Below are positions 59,481 to 64,000 of a stretch of DNA of 64,000 nt, one piece after another. Within the stretch, counting starts at the first letter, position 1, and each line of letters opens with the position of its first letter. The notes below the pieces were generated by a model, which had not been told where the DNA came from, searched no databases, and saw only the letters and a list, made by a program, of their open reading frames with translations. Source of the stretch: a virus; IMG/VR virus record IMGVR_UViG_3300008261_000042; one strand, given 5' to 3'. A program made the position numbers and the translations under genes.

Positions 59481-59612
59481 AATCTTCCTACTGATGTAGA
59501 TCATGCAGATAAATCGAGAAAAAAGAATAAGAAGTATGTTCTTAAGGCACTGAGAAGTCAAGAGAAAGAATAAATAAAAAAGGGAAACCCGAAATAACAT
59601 AAGGAGGATATT

Positions 59613-59783
59613 ATGGGAGTAGTAGTAGAGGTTCTAAAACCAATTATTTTTGCAGCAATGAATTCTTGCCACACTAAGCGTCTTGTAGTAGAACTACTTG
59701 ATCGCTATGTAAATACCACAGACAATGATATTGATAATGTAATTGCTGGTACTGTAAGAGCAGCACTTCTAAAAGGTTGCTGA
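59613..59783 (+). CDS. small hypothetical protein (56 aa, not in ORF track)
   Basis: Late promoter at 59570-59576, AAGGAGG RBS, MGVVVEVLKP...TDNDIDN...LLKGC*. Confidence 0.75.
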   Translation: MGVVVEVLKPIIFAAMNSCHTKRLVVELLDRYVNTTDNDIDNVIAGTVRAALLKGC

Positions 59784-59808
59784 TTTAAACTTAAAAAATA
59801 TAATTCCT

Positions 59809-59831
59809 GGGGAGGTAACTCCCCTTTTTTT
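59809..59831 (+). terminator. intrinsic terminator
   Basis: GGGGAG-GTAA-CTCCCC followed by T-run, immediately followed by TATAAATA (59831-59838). Confidence 0.88.
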
Positions 59832-59873
59832 ATAAATATTTCTTAGATATAAAGTTCAATTTGGAGAAATTAA

Positions 59874-60746
59874 ATGTCTCTATACGGGAAAGATGATTCA
59901 AACGCTAACGTAACCAAAGCTGGTCGTGGAGTCGCTGCATCATCACAGGCAAAAACAATTGTATTTGTAGATAATACTGAAGCTGCTCTATCAGAAAATA
60001 AGCTACGTGGACTTAATGCTCCAGGCTGGTGGGCATATTATACGTTTACTGATTGTGATGGAAATACTCGCCACAAAGCAGAGCATTTAGTAACTATTGC
60101 TGATCCAGAAGCTAATGCTTCAGAAACACAATCTGATGATACACTAGCAGCAGACGTAGCATCAGCTATTACTATTTCTGGTCAGCCATCTAATCAATCG
60201 ACTAGCACTCCATCTGGTGCAATTCTAACTGTAACTAGAGCTGGAACTGCTGCTACTGGAACTGGATCTTACACCATTACTGATGCAACTGCTGGTGTAA
60301 CAGTCGCTAATGTTTCTGGTGGTGCTGCCCCATCTGGTACATGGTCACTTGGAATTTCTAGATCTGGCGGAACTTATACAGTTACTGTTAATGCTGGTGG
60401 TGCAAACTTTGCTGCTACCGATACTATCACTATTCCTGGTGATCTACTTGGCGGAGCTGCTACAACCAACGATCTTGTTGTTACTGTTGCTACCGTTGCA
60501 ACTGCAGCAGCAACATTCAGTGTCACTGCATCTGCTACAACTGGTTCTCTTGTCTATCAGTGGCAGCGTAGAACAAGCAGCACAGCTAAGTGGACAAACG
60601 TATCTGGAGCTACTAGTTCTTCCCTTGCTCTTACTGGACTTACTACAACTTCAAGTGGTTACCAGTATCGTGTCAAGCTTACATCATCTGCTGGTGCTGA
60701 AGAGGTTATCTCTAATACAGCAACACTTACAGTTACCGCTGCATGA
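59874..60746 (+). CDS. Ig-domain virion surface protein (Hoc-like)
   Basis: ITISGQP...ATFSVTAS...YQWQ...GATSSSL.L...YRV...ATLTV Ig signature; consensus late promoter. Confidence 0.7.
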   Translation: MSLYGKDDSNANVTKAGRGVAASSQAKTIVFVDNTEAALSENKLRGLNAPGWWAYYTFTDCDGNTRHKAEHLVTIADPEANASETQSDDTLAADVASAITISGQPSNQSTSTPSGAILTVTRAGTAATGTGSYTITDATAGVTVANVSGGAAPSGTWSLGISRSGGTYTVTVNAGGANFAATDTITIPGDLLGGAATTNDLVVTVATVATAAATFSVTASATTGSLVYQWQRRTSSTAKWTNVSGATSSSLALTGLTTTSSGYQYRVKLTSSAGAEEVISNTATLTVTAA

Positions 60747-60754
60747 TTTAATGT

Positions 60755-61111
60755 ATGATTTTTGATGAGTTGACTAAAGATAATTGGATCATGTTTGCAA
60801 TGAAACATTATGATAATCCAACATCGGTAACGTATGAGGATTTTGAAGAAGATTTGAATCGATTCAAATATATCAAAAGATTATTTAAAAGATATGAAAC
60901 AACTGGTGAATTGAAAACTCATCTTATTTTAAATCATATTATTCTCATGTATAATGCTTTTGATGATGCTGCCACGCCACTTTTATTTTTTAAAATAGAA
61001 GCAACGTATTGGCCATTATTGAAAGCATTTCTACTGTTCCTAAATAGATTACCAGAACCCCTTAACGATAATATCAATCAAGAATGTCTGAAGCAACTGA
61101 ATCTAATTTGA
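60755..61111 (+). CDS. conserved T4-like hypothetical protein
   Basis: FAMKHYDNP...FEEDLNRFKYIKRL...LILNHII. Confidence 0.75.
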   Translation: MIFDELTKDNWIMFAMKHYDNPTSVTYEDFEEDLNRFKYIKRLFKRYETTGELKTHLILNHIILMYNAFDDAATPLLFFKIEATYWPLLKAFLLFLNRLPEPLNDNINQECLKQLNLI

Positions 61112-61806
61112 ATGAAATGAAAGCAGGTGATGGATCTGCATTATCCATGCCACCTGCTTTAGTGTTCGTAAAACCACGATCACATAGAGCATATAAAAAA
61201 GCAAATAAAGATTACATTGACGGACGTTCAAAGGGAGCAAAAAGTTTACTCTCTCGCATCAACCGAAGAAAGAAAATGAAAGAAGAATTAGAAAACTTAA
61301 TTTCTGAAGCGGCTCCCTCGGAAACCGAGAGAGCACAAAAACAAATTACGCAACAGAAAAAGTTAAATCGTGCTAAGGATCTCCAGAAAAAGAGAGCCGA
61401 AGCAAAATCAAAAATGCAGCAAAAAACTAAGGAAATGGATACCTTAGTTAAAGCACGCCTTTCTGATTTCAAAAAGAAAGCAGCAACACAACAACAAAAA
61501 GTATCCATGAAAAACTCTTATGAACCCCAAGGTGAAATTATGAATGAATCAACAACTACTGTAGACGCTCTTGAAGTTGCACTTCGTGTTGCTACATCCG
61601 AACTAAACCCAAGTGGAGAAACTGAATTTGCCAAGATTACTTTTGGTGATGGCACTCAACAGAATCTTGACAACTTCTCTGCTAAGCGTATTGCCGCTGC
61701 TTACGCTCAGCTTGACGATGCTAATAAAGATAAATATCGTTATATGCTGAATAAAGATGCTGTTACATTCCAAAGTGCTCTTGAGTTTGCAGTAAAGAAC
61801 GTTTAG
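61084..61806 (+). CDS. hypothetical protein, possible processed head protein
   Basis: 240-aa ORF with LNE/ISE/MNE motifs and a basic coiled coil. Confidence 0.65.
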   Translation: MSEATESNLNEMKAGDGSALSMPPALVFVKPRSHRAYKKANKDYIDGRSKGAKSLLSRINRRKKMKEELENLISEAAPSETERAQKQITQQKKLNRAKDLQKKRAEAKSKMQQKTKEMDTLVKARLSDFKKKAATQQQKVSMKNSYEPQGEIMNESTTTVDALEVALRVATSELNPSGETEFAKITFGDGTQQNLDNFSAKRIAAAYAQLDDANKDKYRYMLNKDAVTFQSALEFAVKNV

Positions 61807-61818
61807 TAGGCTACGTAG

Positions 61819-62244
61819 ATGTTTAATAATAAAGATATAGCAAAACTAGATGTATTGGAATCTAAATTAAACATCTACGAATCACTTTCTAGGGAAATGT
61901 TAGACAAGTTGGAAACAGCAGTGGATAAAATATCCGATGCTAATCAACACATTGCTAATATTCTTACTAAACATGATGAAAAGATTGAACAAAGTGTGAA
62001 GACAGATGAGCTTATCGTCAAAATGATTGACGATGTTAAAGAGCAAAACTCAAAAGAACATGCTACTGTCATCAAAAGATTAGAAACAGTAGAGGCTAAT
62101 ATCGCTGAGTTATCTAAATTCAAATGGCAGGCGGCAGCTCTGGTTGGAGCTGCCGTTTTGATTGTGGGGTTCGTGGTCCCATTCGTTGACAACCTCATGC
62201 CGATGCACTATAATGGAGGGAGCGAGCCGACCCTTCGTAAATGA
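61819..62244 (+). CDS. coiled-coil protein with C-terminal transmembrane helix
   Basis: Heptad-rich N-terminus, then WQAAALVGAAVLIVGFVVPFV. Confidence 0.7.
   Translation: MFNNKDIAKLDVLESKLNIYESLSREMLDKLETAVDKISDANQHIANILTKHDEKIEQSVKTDELIVKMIDDVKEQNSKEHATVIKRLETVEANIAELSKFKWQAAALVGAAVLIVGFVVPFVDNLMPMHYNGGSEPTLRK
62186..62214 (+). promoter_or_regulatory. perfect sigma70 promoter for primase/nrdA
   Basis: TTGACA-17 nt-TATAAT. Confidence 0.88.
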
Positions 62245-63236
62245 GTTACATTGACATTAAGTACATCAACTTAGTTTCGCCACAGCTTCAATTATTTTCA
62301 AAGAAGAAATCTGATCTCTACAACTTTAGGTGTCCCTATTGTGGAGATAGTCAAAAGCATAAAAACAAAGCACGAGGATACTTCTTCAAGAAGAAGAACG
62401 ACACTGTTTTTAAGTGCCACAATTGTGGTGTAGGAAGAACGTTTACTAACTTCTTGAAAGATCACAGTCCTTTGCTATATGATCAGTATGTCCTTGAAAG
62501 ATACAAGGAAGGACTTACTGGCAAAGGATCTCAAACACCAAATCCTGACTGGAATTTTCAGGAACCAAAATTTATCAGCAAACGTGAAAATTCTTTAGAT
62601 TTGAAAAAGATCTCGGAACTAAATATTACACACCCAGCACGGGAGTACTTAGAAAACCGAAAAATTAAATACCTGGAAAAATTTTATTACTGTCCTAAAT
62701 TTAAAGAATGGACTAACTCTCAAGTAAAAGTTTTTGATACTTTGAGAAAAGATAGTCCGAGGATTATTATCCCACTCAAGGACCAAGAGGGAAAACTATT
62801 TGGATACCAGGGGAGGTCGCTATCTCCCAAAGCAAAGATTAGATACATCACAATCATGCTTGATGAATCAAAACCAAAAGTGTTTGGTCTTGATACAATA
62901 AAAACTGACGAGATTGTTTATGTCACTGAAGGACCATTCGACTCCACTTTTCTTACCAATAGCATTGCTATGTGTGGTAGTGATGTTGACCTTAGCAAAC
63001 TTGCTTGTAAATTCGTATTCGTCTTCGACAACGAACCAAGGAACAGAGAAATTGTATCTAAGATTGCTAAGACCATCGAGCAAGGTTATCCAGTAGTTAT
63101 CTTCCCCAAGAGCATTGTTGAAAAAGATATCAATGATATGGTCATGGCTGGACATGACGTGCAAAGTATGGTAGAATCGAATACCTACCATGGACTAGAA
63201 GCAAAACTAAAACTATCTGAATGGAAGAAAGTATGA
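62241..63236 (+). CDS. gp61: DNA primase gp61
   Basis: FRCPYCGDS...CHNC zinc finger, VTEGPFDS, FDNEPRN, KDINDM Toprim motifs. Confidence 0.96.
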   Translation: MSYIDIKYINLVSPQLQLFSKKKSDLYNFRCPYCGDSQKHKNKARGYFFKKKNDTVFKCHNCGVGRTFTNFLKDHSPLLYDQYVLERYKEGLTGKGSQTPNPDWNFQEPKFISKRENSLDLKKISELNITHPAREYLENRKIKYLEKFYYCPKFKEWTNSQVKVFDTLRKDSPRIIIPLKDQEGKLFGYQGRSLSPKAKIRYITIMLDESKPKVFGLDTIKTDEIVYVTEGPFDSTFLTNSIAMCGSDVDLSKLACKFVFVFDNEPRNREIVSKIAKTIEQGYPVVIFPKSIVEKDINDMVMAGHDVQSMVESNTYHGLEAKLKLSEWKKV

Positions 63237-64000
63237 GCAACGGGATTAAAGTTAAAAAGCGTGATGGTTCTATTGAGCCTCTCAACCTAGATAAAATTCA
63301 TCGAATGGTTGATGAAGCATGTGAAGGTCTAGCTGGAGTATCTTCTTCTCAAGTAGAAATGAATTCTGGCATTCAATTCTATGATGGCATTACTACAGAA
63401 CAAATTCAAGAAATTCTTATTCGTTCTGCTAGTGATCTTATTTCTCTTGATATTCCAAACTATCAATTCGTAGCAGCACGACTTTTGTTGTTTGCTCTTC
63501 GTAAACAAGTATTCAATAAGAATGTTTGGAAAGATGGTATGCCATCAGTGTTTGATGTAGCTGCTTACAATGCAACTATTTTAAAAGTATATGATGAAGA
63601 AATTTTAGACAAGTATTCGGATGAAGATTGGGTAAAAGTTAATGGGTGGATTGACCATCATCGTGATTATCTTTTTTCATACGCTGGTCTTCGTCAAGTA
63701 GTCGATAAGTATTTGGTTCAAGACCGTAGTTCTGGAGAAGTTTTTGAAACTCCTCAATATATGTACATGCTAATTGCAATGACATTGTTTGCTGAGTATC
63801 CTTTATCTACCAGAATGGATTATGTAAAAAGGTATTATGACGCAATCTCAAAGCACAAAATCAACATTCCAACTCCCATCATGGCAGGAGTTAGAACAAC
63901 TCTCAGGCAATTTGCAAGCTGTGTTCTTATTGATTCTGATGACACCCTCAACAGCATCTTTAGCAGTGACATGGCTATTGGCAGGTATGTTGCTCAAAGG
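63233..64000 (+). CDS. nrdA: ribonucleotide reductase class Ia alpha subunit, 5' part (runs off the window)
   Basis: MSNGIKVKKRDG ATP-cone...ETPQYMY...PTPIMAGVRT..RQFASCVLI. Confidence 0.95.
   Translation, partial: MSNGIKVKKRDGSIEPLNLDKIHRMVDEACEGLAGVSSSQVEMNSGIQFYDGITTEQIQEILIRSASDLISLDIPNYQFVAARLLLFALRKQVFNKNVWKDGMPSVFDVAAYNATILKVYDEEILDKYSDEDWVKVNGWIDHHRDYLFSYAGLRQVVDKYLVQDRSSGEVFETPQYMYMLIAMTLFAEYPLSTRMDYVKRYYDAISKHKINIPTPIMAGVRTTLRQFASCVLIDSDDTLNSIFSSDMAIGRYVAQR

Noticed and set aside
108-63191. Numerous short minus-strand and alternate-frame ORFs in the six-frame track
   Set aside because: They lie within long, motif-supported + strand genes and have no recognisable motifs, consistent with shadow ORFs
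1-64000. CRISPR array, rRNA, integrase or IS element
   Set aside because: No regularly spaced repeats, rRNA-like sequence or transposase/integrase motifs were seen

Overview
This is a 64-kb segment of an AT-rich T4-like myovirus genome, and essentially all credible genes are on the + strand. Gene order and accessory content (PrnA-like halogenase, many 2OG-Fe(II) oxygenases, CobS-like AAA+/VWA pair, hsp20, mazG, no gp24 after gp23, ATAAATA late promoters) fit a cyanomyovirus (Kyanoviridae-like). The host is inferred, since no photosynthesis genes are in the window. Layout: (1) 1-13.4 kb tail-fibre/structural region with a 2876-aa fibre, three paralogous Gly-rich tip proteins and a putative chaperone; (2) 13.4-19.6 kb AT-rich, translationally coupled island of a flavin-dependent halogenase, six Fe/2OG/JmjC oxygenases and one unassigned ORF; (3) 20-36 kb morphogenesis core gp13-gp23 and gp3, with gp22 broken by a frameshift; (4) 36-56.6 kb replication/recombination core (uvsY, uvsW, gp55, gp47, gp46, gp45, gp44, gp62, regA, hsp20, gp43, uvsX, gp41, mazG); (5) two tRNAs, a nuclease-like insert, candidate internal head proteins, an Ig/Hoc-like protein, primase and the start of nrdA. 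Most notable signals: the fibre/triple-adhesin/halogenase-oxygenase late operon (possible virion-tip modification system), a complete dnaX-type -1 frameshift cassette at 59428-59480, a ROSE-like RNA thermometer before hsp20, a shared capsid-targeting-like leader (MKxFKQLRQE) on two distant genes, and back-to-back sigma70 promoters at 38392-38454. All calls come from reading motifs and gene order; no database search was run.
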